Source: Aeropyrum pernix K1 (GTDB taxonomy: Archaea > Thermoproteota > Thermoprotei_A > Sulfolobales > Acidilobaceae). Taken from it: a DNA stretch of 32,000 nucleotides. Under the pieces are notes generated by a model that was given only the letters and a program-made list of their open reading frames with translations, did no database searches and was not told where the DNA came from. The stretch covers positions 960,001-992,000 of the forward strand of contig NC_000854.2 in NCBI RefSeq assembly GCF_000011125.1. Direction: 5' to 3'. Positions 1-9,288 of the stretch are shown one piece after another; the stretch's first letter is position 1, and every line of letters begins with the position of its first letter. The position numbers and the translations under genes were made by a program.

Positions 1-111
1 GGCCCAAGGGAGGCTCCAAACATAGCTAGGATTACGGCCTTCCAGAACATGGTGAAGCTCCTGCAGGGTCTAGGAGCCCTGAGTACCGGCTTGCCTGGGA
101 GAAGGGCTTAG
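1..111 (+). CDS. C-terminal fragment of an unidentified protein truncated by the window edge
   Basis: Frame 1 is open from base 1 to TAG at 109-111 (GPREAPNIARITAFQNMVKLLQGLGALSTGLPGRRA*). Confidence 0.35.
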   Translation, partial: GPREAPNIARITAFQNMVKLLQGLGALSTGLPGRRA

Positions 112-434
112 CCCTCGCCTCCACCTGCCTCTTTGTAGGTGCTTTCTATGCATGCGTCCATGCAATCCTGCGTCTCCTCTTTGCCAATGCCGTGCTTTTC
201 TAGACACTCCTTTAGACACCTACACTCCCCCTCCTCCAGCGATGAGACTCTAAGCTCTGGTATGCCGGGAGAGGGGCTGACGGCGACTACCCGGCAGTCC
301 TCGAAAACGAGTTCTAGGGCGTATGTGCTCAAGGCGACTCCCACAAGCTTCTTCCCGATGAGGAGGCTCAGCTCCTCAAGCGTCCTCTCGAGAGCCTCCT
401 CTAGAGACTCCCTCCCGTTATCGCCGCTGCCCAA
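108..434 (-). CDS. Small conserved-looking protein with a CX3C-x13-CX3C cysteine pattern
   Basis: 108-aa ORF with acidic/helical composition and CRCLKEC...CMDAC near the C-terminus; same strand as the downstream-facing gene cluster. Confidence 0.6.
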   Translation of the reverse strand: MGSGDNGRESLEEALERTLEELSLLIGKKLVGVALSTYALELVFEDCRVVAVSPSPGIPELRVSSLEEGECRCLKECLEKHGIGKEETQDCMDACIESTYKEAGGGEG

Positions 435-538
435 GATAGGCTGGCACCCCGCTAGCCATGGCCAGGGTTCAACACTACATTGGGCCGCGCAGCCGTATAT
501 AGGTATAGTTAGGTCTAAATGCGGCCTTCGATGCTGAC

Positions 539-949
539 CTACTCCCCGAGATAGAGCAGGTTAACTGTTCTCTCCCTGGGCCCGTCCATCTCCACGAACA
601 GTATCCTCTGCCAGGTTCCTAGGGACAGCCTTCCCCCGACAACCGGTATGACCCTGCTGTCCCCTATGATTGTGTTGCCCAGGTGTGCGTGGGCGTTGAC
701 GTCCACAAGGTTATGCTTCCAGGGGCCCCCGGGCTTCGTTAGCTCCCTAATGAACTCCACTATGTCCTCCATAAGCCTGGGCTCGGCCTCGTTGACAGCC
801 ACAGCCGCGGTTGTGTGTGGGACGTACACAACCAGCAGGCCGTTCACACCGCCGACCGTCGAAAGCCACTCCTCTACCTTGCCAGTAACATCGAGGACCT
901 GGAGCCTCCTCTCAGTCTTTACTGTGAAAGATCCAGTCTCCACCTTCAA
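539..949 (-). CDS. YjbQ/UPF0047 family protein (secondary thiamine-phosphate synthase-like)
   Basis: Family signatures 'GLLVVYVPHTTAAVAVNEAEP', 'NAHAHLGNTIIGDSRVIPVVGGRLSLGTWQRILFVEMDGPR'. Confidence 0.92.
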   Translation of the reverse strand: MKVETGSFTVKTERRLQVLDVTGKVEEWLSTVGGVNGLLVVYVPHTTAAVAVNEAEPRLMEDIVEFIRELTKPGGPWKHNLVDVNAHAHLGNTIIGDSRVIPVVGGRLSLGTWQRILFVEMDGPRERTVNLLYLGE

Positions 950-1114
950 ACGCGGTCACCCAAGGGTCTATAGTATGCTCTACACGGTATTTAGGCGGCC
1001 ACTGTAGGGTAGGGTTTCCTCAGTCTAGACCGAGTGGGAGGTATACCTGATATAACACCCTATCCACTCACATACTCTCTGGGGGGTGTAATCCCGTTGT
1101 CCAGCGTTCTGGAG

Positions 1115-2074
1115 ATGCTCTGGGTGGAGAAGTACAGGCCCAGGAGCCTGGATGATATCGTCGACCAGAAGCATGTGGTCGAGAGGTTGAAACAGTTTGT
1201 AAAGCAGAGGAACATGCCACACCTCCTATTCGCAGGGCCCCCGGGCACGGGTAAGACGACTGCTGCCCATGCACTAGCCCACGATCTCTTCGGCGAGAAT
1301 TACAGGCAGTATATGCTAGAGCTGAATGCTAGCGACGAGAGGGGTATCAATGTTATCAGGGAGAAGGTTAAGGAGTTTGCCCGTAGCAGGACGCCCCCGG
1401 AGATTCCCTTCAAGATCGTGCTACTAGACGAGGCTGACAACATGACGAGCGACGCCCAGCAGGCTCTCAGGAGGCTTATGGAGCTTTACAGCAGTGTCAC
1501 AAGGTTTATACTGATAGCAAACTATCCCAGCAAGATTATAGACCCGATACAGAGCAGGTGCGCATTCTTCAGGTTCCAGCCCCTATCCAAGCAGGACGTT
1601 ATCGAGAGGCTGAGGTATATAGCCGAGAACGAGGGTGTAGATTACGAGGAGGAGGCTCTGGACGCCATATACGAGATAAGCGAGGGCGACATGAGGAAGG
1701 CCATTAACGTCCTCCAAGCCGCCAGCTACCTCGGCAAGGTGACCGTCGACGCGGTGTACAGGGTAGTGGGTATGGCGAAGCCCAGAGAGGTTAGGGAGAT
1801 GCTCGCCACCGCCCTGAAAGGCGACTTCACCGCGGCCAGAAGCCTCCTCCGGAAGATAATGATAGAGTATGGAATGAGCGGCGAGGATGTTGCCCGGCAG
1901 ATACACAGGGAGCTATTCTCCACAGAGCTTAAGATGCCCGAGGAGCTTAGGGTTCTCGCAGCAGACTATCTGGGGGAGGTCCACTACAGGCTTGTGGAGG
2001 GTAGCGACGACGATATACAGCTCTCCGCCTTCCTCGCGTGGCTGACAATGATGTCGAGAAAACTGGAGGTATAG
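1115..2074 (+). CDS. rfcS: Replication factor C small subunit (clamp loader)
   Basis: Walker A GPPGTGKTT, Walker B LLDEADNM, sensor/SRC motif 'IQSRCAFFRF'. Track ORF starts at 1034, but homologous RFC proteins begin near the internal ATG at 1115 (MLWVEKYRPRSLDDI). Confidence 0.96.
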   Translation: MLWVEKYRPRSLDDIVDQKHVVERLKQFVKQRNMPHLLFAGPPGTGKTTAAHALAHDLFGENYRQYMLELNASDERGINVIREKVKEFARSRTPPEIPFKIVLLDEADNMTSDAQQALRRLMELYSSVTRFILIANYPSKIIDPIQSRCAFFRFQPLSKQDVIERLRYIAENEGVDYEEEALDAIYEISEGDMRKAINVLQAASYLGKVTVDAVYRVVGMAKPREVREMLATALKGDFTAARSLLRKIMIEYGMSGEDVARQIHRELFSTELKMPEELRVLAADYLGEVHYRLVEGSDDDIQLSAFLAWLTMMSRKLEV

Positions 2075-2078
2075 GGGG

Positions 2079-3518
2079 TTGCCGATAGTAGCCCGCTCGA
2101 GCCGCGTCCCCTGGGTTATTAAATACAGGCCCAAGCGCGTCGAAGATGTCGTTAACCAGGACCAGGCCAAGAAGATTCTAGTACCCTGGTTCAAGGCATG
2201 GCTAGAGGGCAGGAAGCCGGATAAAAGGGCGGCCCTCCTCTACGGCCCGCCAGGCGTTGGTAAGACGAGCCTCGTGGAGGCTATAGCGAGCGAGTTCAAC
2301 CTGGAGATGATAGAGCTAAACGCCAGCGACTACAGAAGGAGGAGCGATATAGAGCGTATAGTCGGGGCCGCGTCCCGGAAGAGGAGCATGTTCAAGAGGG
2401 GCGTGGTAATACTGCTCGACGAGGTTGACGGGATAAACCCGAGAGAGGACGCGGGCGGTATAGAGGCTCTCCTCTCCGTCATAAAGACCACCGAGAACCC
2501 TATAGTCATGACCGCCAACGATCCGTGGAAAGACTTCCTCAGACCCCTCAGGGAAGTCAGCCTAATGGTGGAGTTTAGGCCTCTAACCCTGACCCACATA
2601 GTCGCGGTGCTCCAGAGGATCTGTGAGGCTGAGAGGATAGAGTGCGAGAGAGAGGCCCTACGCTACATCGCTGAGAGGAGTGAGGGCGACCTCAGGTCCG
2701 CGATAAACGACCTACAGGCAGTGGCCGAGGGCTATGGCAGAGTCACTCTAACCCTGGCCCGTGAGATAGTGAGGGGTAGGGAGAAGAGCATAGACATCTG
2801 GAGGACGCTGAACCAGGTGTTCTACAAGCCGAGGCAGGCGTGGATGGCGAGGAAGGCGGTTAGCCAGAGTGAGAAAGACTATGAGGAGCTGATAGCATGG
2901 ATAAACGACAACATACCCAGGAAGTACGGGGAGCCCTCTGACCTGTTCAGAGCCTTCGACGCCCTGGCGAGGGCGACAGTCTTCCTGGGCAGAGCCAAGT
3001 TCGGGGGCAACTGGGAGCTGCTTTCGTATGTTTTCGACCTGATGGGCCCTGGGGTCGCCTACGCTAGGATGGAGGGGGAGGTCCTCAAGACTAGGTACTC
3101 CTACCCGGAGAAGATCAGGATGATGGCTCAGCTAAGGGGGGTTAGGGAGACTAGGGAGAAGCTGGCCGAGGTCCTGGCTAAAAGACTCCTTATGAGCAGG
3201 AGAGCTGTTAAAACAGAGGTGCTACCCATACTCCACTACATCTTCCGGAGCTCCAGAGACCCTACTAAGCCTGCCATGATAGCCCTTGAGTACGGGCTAA
3301 CGGAGAAGATGGTCGAGCTTCTGGCGGGCCAGCGTAAAAGCGAGATTCTAAAGGCAATGGCCACCGTAAAGAAGGCGAGGCTAGGCGAGAAGCCCCTAGA
3401 ACCCCAGGAAGCGAAAGCCAGGAGGAGAGGGGAGAAGGCTAGTAGAGATGAGGGTAGGAAGGCGGGGAAAAGGGAGAGAAAGGGCGTAGGCCTGGACTTC
3501 TTCCTAGGTGAGCAATAA
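2079..3518 (+). CDS. rfcL: Replication factor C large subunit
   Basis: 'PWVIKYRPKRVEDVVNQDQAK', Walker A GPPGVGKTS, Walker B LLDEVDGI; immediately downstream of rfcS. Confidence 0.95.
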   Translation: MPIVARSSRVPWVIKYRPKRVEDVVNQDQAKKILVPWFKAWLEGRKPDKRAALLYGPPGVGKTSLVEAIASEFNLEMIELNASDYRRRSDIERIVGAASRKRSMFKRGVVILLDEVDGINPREDAGGIEALLSVIKTTENPIVMTANDPWKDFLRPLREVSLMVEFRPLTLTHIVAVLQRICEAERIECEREALRYIAERSEGDLRSAINDLQAVAEGYGRVTLTLAREIVRGREKSIDIWRTLNQVFYKPRQAWMARKAVSQSEKDYEELIAWINDNIPRKYGEPSDLFRAFDALARATVFLGRAKFGGNWELLSYVFDLMGPGVAYARMEGEVLKTRYSYPEKIRMMAQLRGVRETREKLAEVLAKRLLMSRRAVKTEVLPILHYIFRSSRDPTKPAMIALEYGLTEKMVELLAGQRKSEILKAMATVKKARLGEKPLEPQEAKARRRGEKASRDEGRKAGKRERKGVGLDFFLGEQ

Positions 3519-3566
3519 CGGCTAGGCTGCAATGCTGAAAAGGCTTCGGAGAATCAATTGAGAACT

Positions 3567-3647
3567 GGGCCAGCCCTCCTCCCCGCCCCGCCGACGGAGG
3601 GCGGTTGCCCGCGTCGATGAGGTGGGGAGCGCACGGGGCTGGCCATA
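3567..3647 (+). ncRNA. Candidate structured RNA, possibly H/ACA-like guide sRNA
   Basis: Hand-folded: 9-bp basal helix 3568-3576/3636-3644 (GGCCAGCCC/GGGCTGGCC) directly followed by ATA (3645-3647, ANA-like); internal loop; 8-bp helix 3580-3587/3621-3628 (TCCCCGCC/GGTGGGGA, one G-U); apical CGACG/CGTCG and GGGC(GGTT)GCCC helices. Intergenic position. Confidence 0.35.
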
Positions 3648-3668
3648 GCTAGGTGACCCCGGGGCTTC

Positions 3669-3989
3669 CTACCCTCTCCTCCGGGTCTCCCTCCTCAGCT
3701 TCAGAAGGAGGTTCGTCGGCACCTCCACGTAAACTTCGCCCCGATCCTCGACTATACGTATCCCAAGCTTGGTCAGCCGCCTGGACTGTGTTGGACGGGA
3801 TAGTTCGGCCAATAGGTCTTCAACCATGTAATCGGTGGGCTCCTCCCTCTTCGCCCTGATAAGGCTTGATAGGTGTATCTTGAAGCGTTCCTGTCCTGAA
3901 GCCTCTAGTATGTCGACCACTCCCCCCCTTAGCCTTGCGAATCCCTTTAGCAGCCTGAGCAGGGTCTCGAGGGGGTCCTCCCTAGTCAT
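3669..3989 (-). CDS. Hypothetical 106-aa protein
   Basis: ORF nearly filling the gap and overlapping the start of the next gene (3986) by 4 nt, as in a translationally coupled pair. Confidence 0.65.
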   Translation of the reverse strand: MTREDPLETLLRLLKGFARLRGGVVDILEASGQERFKIHLSSLIRAKREEPTDYMVEDLLAELSRPTQSRRLTKLGIRIVEDRGEVYVEVPTNLLLKLRRETRRRG

Positions 3990-4570
3990 CTTCTCAGCTC
4001 ACCCGCTATGTAGACCATCCTCTGGATGACCGTTATCCACACTAGCACGGCAGCCGCTGAGGCGAGAGCCAGGGCCGTCTGGAGGTTGTATATGGATATG
4101 GCAAGTATAGCTAGTATGGCGATGGATCTCTCACCCCTCTCCATGAGACCCCTACCTCTAACCTCTAGTCCGAGGCTCTCGCCCTTAGCCCGGAGATAAG
4201 GCACTATCAGGCCCCCGGAGAGCATAGCAATGACTATGAGGGGGTGGACCCCTGCTATGTATAGGGTGGCATGGTATAGTGAGTCTGAGATCCTGTCCAG
4301 GCTGGAGTCGAGGAACGAGCCCAGCGGTGAGACTCTGCCTGTAAACCTGGCCACAGCCCCGTCTACAGCGTCCAGTAGCAGGGAGAGGGCGATAAGGAGG
4401 AGGCTGGCCACGGGGGATATGTAGAGCCACGCTGGCAGGGCGGCGGCGGCGGCGACAGGGCTCGCCAGTGTGTAGATGTTTGGGTCCGGCGAGATCCTCG
4501 ATAGGAATGAGGCTACTGTTGGGGCTATTCGAGCCTCGTAGAAGCTCCTTAGCCTGTTGAAAACGCCCAA
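3986..4570 (-). CDS. CDP-alcohol phosphatidyltransferase (probable archaetidylinositol-phosphate synthase-type)
   Basis: Family signature 'DAVDGAVARFTGRVSPLGSFLDSSLDR' (D-G-x2-A-R-x8-G-x3-D-x3-D) plus multiple TM segments. Confidence 0.88.
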   Translation of the reverse strand: MGVFNRLRSFYEARIAPTVASFLSRISPDPNIYTLASPVAAAAALPAWLYISPVASLLLIALSLLLDAVDGAVARFTGRVSPLGSFLDSSLDRISDSLYHATLYIAGVHPLIVIAMLSGGLIVPYLRAKGESLGLEVRGRGLMERGERSIAILAILAISIYNLQTALALASAAAVLVWITVIQRMVYIAGELRR

Positions 4571-4695
4571 CCCGCGGCTACACCCCGCTCCAGCTGGTCG
4601 CCCAGGATAAGGTGGGCCAGCCTACACTCTTTAAACTGGAGAGCACACTCCTTAACCATGGGTAGGGTGGATATCGGGGGGTGTCTTAGTCTGAA

Positions 4696-5865
4696 TTGGC
4701 GTTGAAGATAGCGTTCGTGTCGCGATATCCTCCTGTCCACTGCGGCGTCGGCGAGTACACCCGCATGCTGGCCTCGGGACTTAGGACAGTCCTGCCCTCT
4801 GCCTCGATTAGAGTTTACTCTACCGGGGAGGCCGGGTGGGAGAGGTATTATGACGACTCTCTCGGCGTCGAGGTTGTCCCGTCCTACATGAGGCGTGACA
4901 CCTCCTATGAAGGCCTTGTGAGGAACCTCGAGGATGATGGCGGGGCCGATGTTGTTCATCTACAGCACGAGTACGGTATCTACGGGGACGGGCCGCGGAT
5001 TGTGGAGGCGCTGCTTGAGATCTACAAAAGGGGGTTGGCCTCGGCTGTTGTGGCTACATTCCATACTGTAGTGCATAAGCAGAGCACAGCCAGCGGTGAG
5101 AGGCTAGAGACTCAGAGGAGGGCAAGCAGGCTCCACGCCATAATAACGCACAGCATACTCATGGAGTTCGAGCTCCAGGCCCAGGGCGTAGATCCCAGTG
5201 TCATAGTGAAGATACCCCACGGCACCCTAGTCAACCCCTATCTAGGGTACCCCAGACACAGGCTAGCGGAGAAGCTCGGCGTCGAGGTCGAAGACTCGGA
5301 GCTTCTGCTGGTGACGCCCGGTTTTCTAAGGCCTGATAAGGGTTTGGACGTGCTAGCAAGCGCCGCCGCCCTTGTGAGCGACGGAAAACTGAGGATAGTG
5401 GTTGCTGGCGAGCCTATGGGGGTGGCTCCGGAGGAGATCCCGTCCATGGGTGGTAGGATTAAGGTTATAGAGAAGTATCTCTCCACTGACGAGATACTTA
5501 TGCTTGCGGCGATGAGCGATGCGATAGTGCTCCCCTACAAGGACAGGCCTGGGAAGTATAGTGTGAGCGGCGTGCTCCACCTGAGTATGGGTAGCCTGAA
5601 GCCTGTTCTAGGGACGAGGGTGCCTAGGCTGGTGGAGCTCTACGAGTACTCCCCCATGCTCACCGTGCCGCCCAGGAGCCCTGAGCTGCTGGCCCGTAGG
5701 ATGGAGTGGCTTTCAAGCAACTACGAGCTGGCGGCGTCGGCCAGCGCGCAGCTCTACAGCTACGCGGCGGCGACCCAGTGGCCCATGGTTGCCAGCCAGC
5801 ACATAGCCCTCTACAGGGGTGTTATAGAGGGGAAGCCGCCAGCCTACTACAACTACTGGCGCTAG
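4696..5865 (+). CDS. Glycosyltransferase, family 4-like
   Basis: N-term 'IAFVSRYPPVHCGVGEYTRMLASGL'; 'LLVTPGFLRPDKGLDVLASAAAL'; 'EKYLSTDEILMLAAMSDAIVLPYKDRPGKYSVSGVLHLSMG'. Confidence 0.88.
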   Translation: MALKIAFVSRYPPVHCGVGEYTRMLASGLRTVLPSASIRVYSTGEAGWERYYDDSLGVEVVPSYMRRDTSYEGLVRNLEDDGGADVVHLQHEYGIYGDGPRIVEALLEIYKRGLASAVVATFHTVVHKQSTASGERLETQRRASRLHAIITHSILMEFELQAQGVDPSVIVKIPHGTLVNPYLGYPRHRLAEKLGVEVEDSELLLVTPGFLRPDKGLDVLASAAALVSDGKLRIVVAGEPMGVAPEEIPSMGGRIKVIEKYLSTDEILMLAAMSDAIVLPYKDRPGKYSVSGVLHLSMGSLKPVLGTRVPRLVELYEYSPMLTVPPRSPELLARRMEWLSSNYELAASASAQLYSYAAATQWPMVASQHIALYRGVIEGKPPAYYNYWR

Positions 5866-6206
5866 CCGTACTTGAAGCCCAGTGAGAACCCTACGAGGAA
5901 GCTTGCTGCGAAGGGCGTTGCAGCTATTATGTAGGACTTGAGGCTTGCCGCCGCTGCTCCGCCCCCAGATATCGCCCTCTCAACCAGGAGGGCGAGCTTG
6001 TCCCAGTTGACGCTTATGACGCCGTAGTAGGCGAGGCCCATTAGGCCTAGTGTGAAGACCCCTACCACCAGTAGTAGAATCTTTATAGCCTTCTTTAGAG
6101 CGTATCCAGCAGCGAATCCAAGGATCCCGCCGCCCCCCAGCTGTAGCAGGACGCCGGTGAATATGTCCCCTGCCGTGATCTCCGCCAAACCGACCACCAT
6201 AGTCAC
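5862..6206 (-). CDS. FUN14-family membrane protein
   Basis: 114 aa; 'GGGGILGFAAGYALKKAIKILLLVVGVFTLGLMGLAYYGVISVNWDKL' resembles the FUN14 core (G-x-x-x-G-Y-x-x-K-K ... Y-G-x-I-x-V-x-W). Confidence 0.65.
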   Translation of the reverse strand: MTMVVGLAEITAGDIFTGVLLQLGGGGILGFAAGYALKKAIKILLLVVGVFTLGLMGLAYYGVISVNWDKLALLVERAISGGGAAAASLKSYIIAATPFAASFLVGFSLGFKYG

Positions 6207-6237
6207 AACATAGATGCCGCCGGGTGATAAGGCTTCT

Positions 6238-7608
6238 TTAAGGAGCCGGTTCGAACTTCGAGGACCTCAGGTCGAAGAATGTGGCCTCCTCAACTTCCGC
6301 ATAGACCCACCTTCCCATAGCCCTCTCCTCGTAGGGTAGGATTATGGGTGTGTAGTTGTCTAGCCTCCCGGTCATGCTCCCCTCCCTCCAGGACCGCTCT
6401 GTGACGAGGGCTCTCACCCTTCGCCCCACATAACTCCCGTTGATCTCTAAACCTATCTCCGCGACTATCTTCCCCAGTATCCTGCTCCTCTCCTTCTTGA
6501 CACTGTCGGGAACCTGCTCCATGGACGCCGCCTCGGTGTGGGGCCTCAGGCTGTACTGGGCAAGGTGGACCTTTTCGAACCTCAGCTCCTCAACAAGCCT
6601 TACAGTGTTCCAGAACGCCTCCCAGGTCTCGCCTGGGTGGCCGACGATAATGTCGGTCGCTATCATAGCGTCGGGGAACCTGGACTTGATCCTCCTGTGG
6701 ATTGCCTTGTACTCGCTGACTGTGTAGTTCCTCTTCATAATCTTGAGGACCTCGTCATCACCGCTTTGCACAGGGAGGTGGAAATACTTGTACACCCTTT
6801 CATCCCTGTAGACGTCGAGGAGGCTGTCCAGATAGGGCTCAACCTGGTCTGGCGTCATCATCCCCACCCTTATCCTATAGTCCCCCTCAACCTTCTCCAG
6901 GATAGCAGCCACCAGGTCCGCCAGATTGGGCTTTCCGGGTAGGTCGACACCGTAGACCGCAACATCGGTCCCCGTCAGCCTTATCTCCCTGGCCCCCTTC
7001 TCGACAGCCTCCCTGACCCTCTCCACTATGACCCTCGGGCTGTAGCTCCTCACCTGCCTCCTGGCCACCTTGGTGATGCAGAAGCTGCAGTCTCCCAGGC
7101 AACCCTCCTGGATCATCACCGTAACGACAGCATCAGTAATAGGGAGCTGGGGCATTGACCTAGTGTCTCTCCTGCCGTCGAGAACCACAAGCCTCCGCCC
7201 AGACTCGAGGGCGTCTACAGCATCGAGAACCCTCTCAACAGCCTGGGGTGCGAGAAGGCTGGCCTCCGGTACAAGCCTCGCAACCAGGCCGGGCCTCGCC
7301 TTGACAAGACAGCCCGCCACCACGTATTTCCTGTCAGGCAGTTGGAGCCTCAGTTTCTCGAGCCTCTCAGCTATCCTCTGCTCAGTGTCAAGCCTGACCG
7401 CGCACGTGTTAACTAGAATTACATCGGCATCCTCAGGCCGCGCCACCCGCCTATAACCAGCTTCCTCTAGCCTGGACGCCATTATGAGGGCGTCGAACTC
7501 TGAGAGCGAGCATCCGTAGACCTCTAGATAGTACGTGCGGCTGGGCTTGCCAGCCCGTCTGCCCGCCTGGCCTGGGATCTCTGCTTCCACCTTCTCAGCG
7601 CACTCCAT
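6238..7608 (-). CDS. tRNA N6-threonylcarbamoyladenosine methylthiotransferase, archaeal/eukaryotic MiaB/CDKAL1-like radical SAM enzyme
   Basis: 'YGCSLSEFDALIMASRLEEAGY', 'CLGDCSFCITKVARRQVRSYSP' (CxxxCxxC), 'TDIIVGHPGETWEAFWNTV', C-terminal TRAM-like region. Confidence 0.9.
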   Translation of the reverse strand: MECAEKVEAEIPGQAGRRAGKPSRTYYLEVYGCSLSEFDALIMASRLEEAGYRRVARPEDADVILVNTCAVRLDTEQRIAERLEKLRLQLPDRKYVVAGCLVKARPGLVARLVPEASLLAPQAVERVLDAVDALESGRRLVVLDGRRDTRSMPQLPITDAVVTVMIQEGCLGDCSFCITKVARRQVRSYSPRVIVERVREAVEKGAREIRLTGTDVAVYGVDLPGKPNLADLVAAILEKVEGDYRIRVGMMTPDQVEPYLDSLLDVYRDERVYKYFHLPVQSGDDEVLKIMKRNYTVSEYKAIHRRIKSRFPDAMIATDIIVGHPGETWEAFWNTVRLVEELRFEKVHLAQYSLRPHTEAASMEQVPDSVKKERSRILGKIVAEIGLEINGSYVGRRVRALVTERSWREGSMTGRLDNYTPIILPYEERAMGRWVYAEVEEATFFDLRSSKFEPAP

Positions 7609-7715
7609 ACCCTATCACCAGGCAGGGTTTAGCGGGTCCTGCGCGATCATCGGTTTGCCATGTTTATTATACTATAATATCCCCGGGGGCTGATATATCG
7701 GTGTTGGGTGTGCGT

Positions 7716-8162
7716 ATGTCTGGAAGCGTTTTGGACGAGGAGGCCGAGAAGCTAATGGACTACGACTACCTACTGGAGAAGCTGTACAAGAAAGTTCCTC
7801 CCAAGAGCGGGACCTCGGAGTACCGCATACCTGAGCCCCAGATAATCAGGATAGGAAGCCAGACGGTGATAAGGAACTTCAGGGAGATAGCCCAGGCTCT
7901 CAAGAGGGATCCGAAGCTCGTGGCAAGATATCTCCAGAAGGAGCTGGCAACTGCTGCGAGCTACGAGGAGGAGAGCGGCCAGCTCATTCTCAATGTCAAG
8001 GTGTCGAGGAAGGTTGTAAACCAGTTCCTCCAGCTGTTCATGAAGACATACGTGCGCTGCCCAACCTGCGGGAGCATCGACACCAAGCTCCTGAGGCAGG
8101 AGAGGGCTTACATGCTGAAGTGCGAGGCCTGCGGCGCAGAGCAGCCTGTGAAGCCTATATAG
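7716..8162 (+). CDS. Translation initiation factor 2 subunit beta
   Basis: Track ORF starts at 7701; 'DYDYLLEKLYKKVP', C-terminal zinc ribbon 'CPTCGSIDTKLLRQERAYMLKCEACGAEQPV'. Confidence 0.93.
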   Translation: MSGSVLDEEAEKLMDYDYLLEKLYKKVPPKSGTSEYRIPEPQIIRIGSQTVIRNFREIAQALKRDPKLVARYLQKELATAASYEEESGQLILNVKVSRKVVNQFLQLFMKTYVRCPTCGSIDTKLLRQERAYMLKCEACGAEQPVKPI

Positions 8163-8192
8163 CCTAGCCTACCCGGAAAATCCCGCGAGCCC

Positions 8193-9059
8193 CTAGCGAG
8201 CCCATGGGAGCCTGGCCTCTAGAACATCCCTGAGGCCCGATTTAACGAACACTGCATAGCTCCTGCCGGACGAGTCGAAGGTGTGGTCTACGGCTATGTA
8301 GCCCTTTGATAGTAGGCCCGTTATGGCTTTTCTCGTCGCCATCCTCCACCTCCTGGCGGCATCGATCCCCAGCTCCTCCCTGACCACTGTTATGCTTCTG
8401 GGGAGTGCAACCAGCGCGACCTCAGCATCCCCCCATGCCTCCCGTGGACGGGGATAGCCGTCGTCGCCGTGCGCCAGAGCCTCAACCGCGCCATACACGG
8501 TCTTCAGCTCCTCGGCTGGTGGAGGGCGTAATCTGCCCTCGAGCTTCAGCCCGACTAGCCTGGAGTCTAGCCACCATTCCGCGACAACCCTGTCACTACC
8601 CAGCCCCCTGTTGATCTCGTCAGTCATCTCACCGTAGTAGTTCACCTTGTACACCCTGTATACCGCGCCGAGCTTGGCCAGGTTGAACCTAGTGTTAAGG
8701 CTCTGAAGCGGGTCGAAGGTCCACTTGGCCAGCGACACGCCCTCCCTCAGGACCTCCTCCCTCTGCCTAGCCTTAAGAGCGAACCCGACGCCACGGTACT
8801 TATAGCCCTCCTCGACGCCGGTGGCGTGACTATAGAAGTACCTGCCCTCCCCGCAGCCGACGAACCATCCGTAGCTAGCCCCCACCATCCTACCCCCGAC
8901 AAAAGCACCTAGCACCAGGCCGCCGTTGTCAACCAGCGCCCGCAGTATGTGGGGCGCCACAACCTCCCTATAATCCCTGCTACCCCAAGCCCTAGCATGC
9001 ACCTCAACAGCCTCCTCAAGCTCTACAGGGTCGCTAAGCCTCCTCACAACGACCTCCAC
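8193..9059 (-). CDS. Predicted GNAT-superfamily acetyltransferase (COG3375-like)
   Basis: 'GAFVGGRMVGASYGWFVGCGEGRYFYSHATGVEEGYKYRGVGFALKARQREEVLREGVSLAKWTFDPLQSLNTRFNLAKLGAVYRVYKVNYYG'. Confidence 0.82.
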   Translation of the reverse strand: MEVVVRRLSDPVELEEAVEVHARAWGSRDYREVVAPHILRALVDNGGLVLGAFVGGRMVGASYGWFVGCGEGRYFYSHATGVEEGYKYRGVGFALKARQREEVLREGVSLAKWTFDPLQSLNTRFNLAKLGAVYRVYKVNYYGEMTDEINRGLGSDRVVAEWWLDSRLVGLKLEGRLRPPPAEELKTVYGAVEALAHGDDGYPRPREAWGDAEVALVALPRSITVVREELGIDAARRWRMATRKAITGLLSKGYIAVDHTFDSSGRSYAVFVKSGLRDVLEARLPWAR

Positions 9060-9288
9060 AGAGGCACACCCCCCAGCATATTGGGGGCGGCGCCTCGGAG
9101 GGCTCTGGAGGCCATCAACCCACCAGGGCCCTGGACCCCGGGTGGGCCTGCCTAGTCAACGCCTTCCACACTGGCGCCGCCAAGATTGATATTTTCGTGC
9201 AGCCAGCTGTTTAGCCTTCCGCCCCCGGGTGCGGGTGTTAAGGTTTAGATCGAGCATGTCCCATAAATTTGTAAATGGGGGGTTGGCT

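Noticed and set aside
4549-4959. Minus-strand 136-aa ORF overlapping the glycosyltransferase start
   Set aside because: Overlaps a well-supported GT4 gene and has no recognisable signature; probably an antisense shadow ORF.
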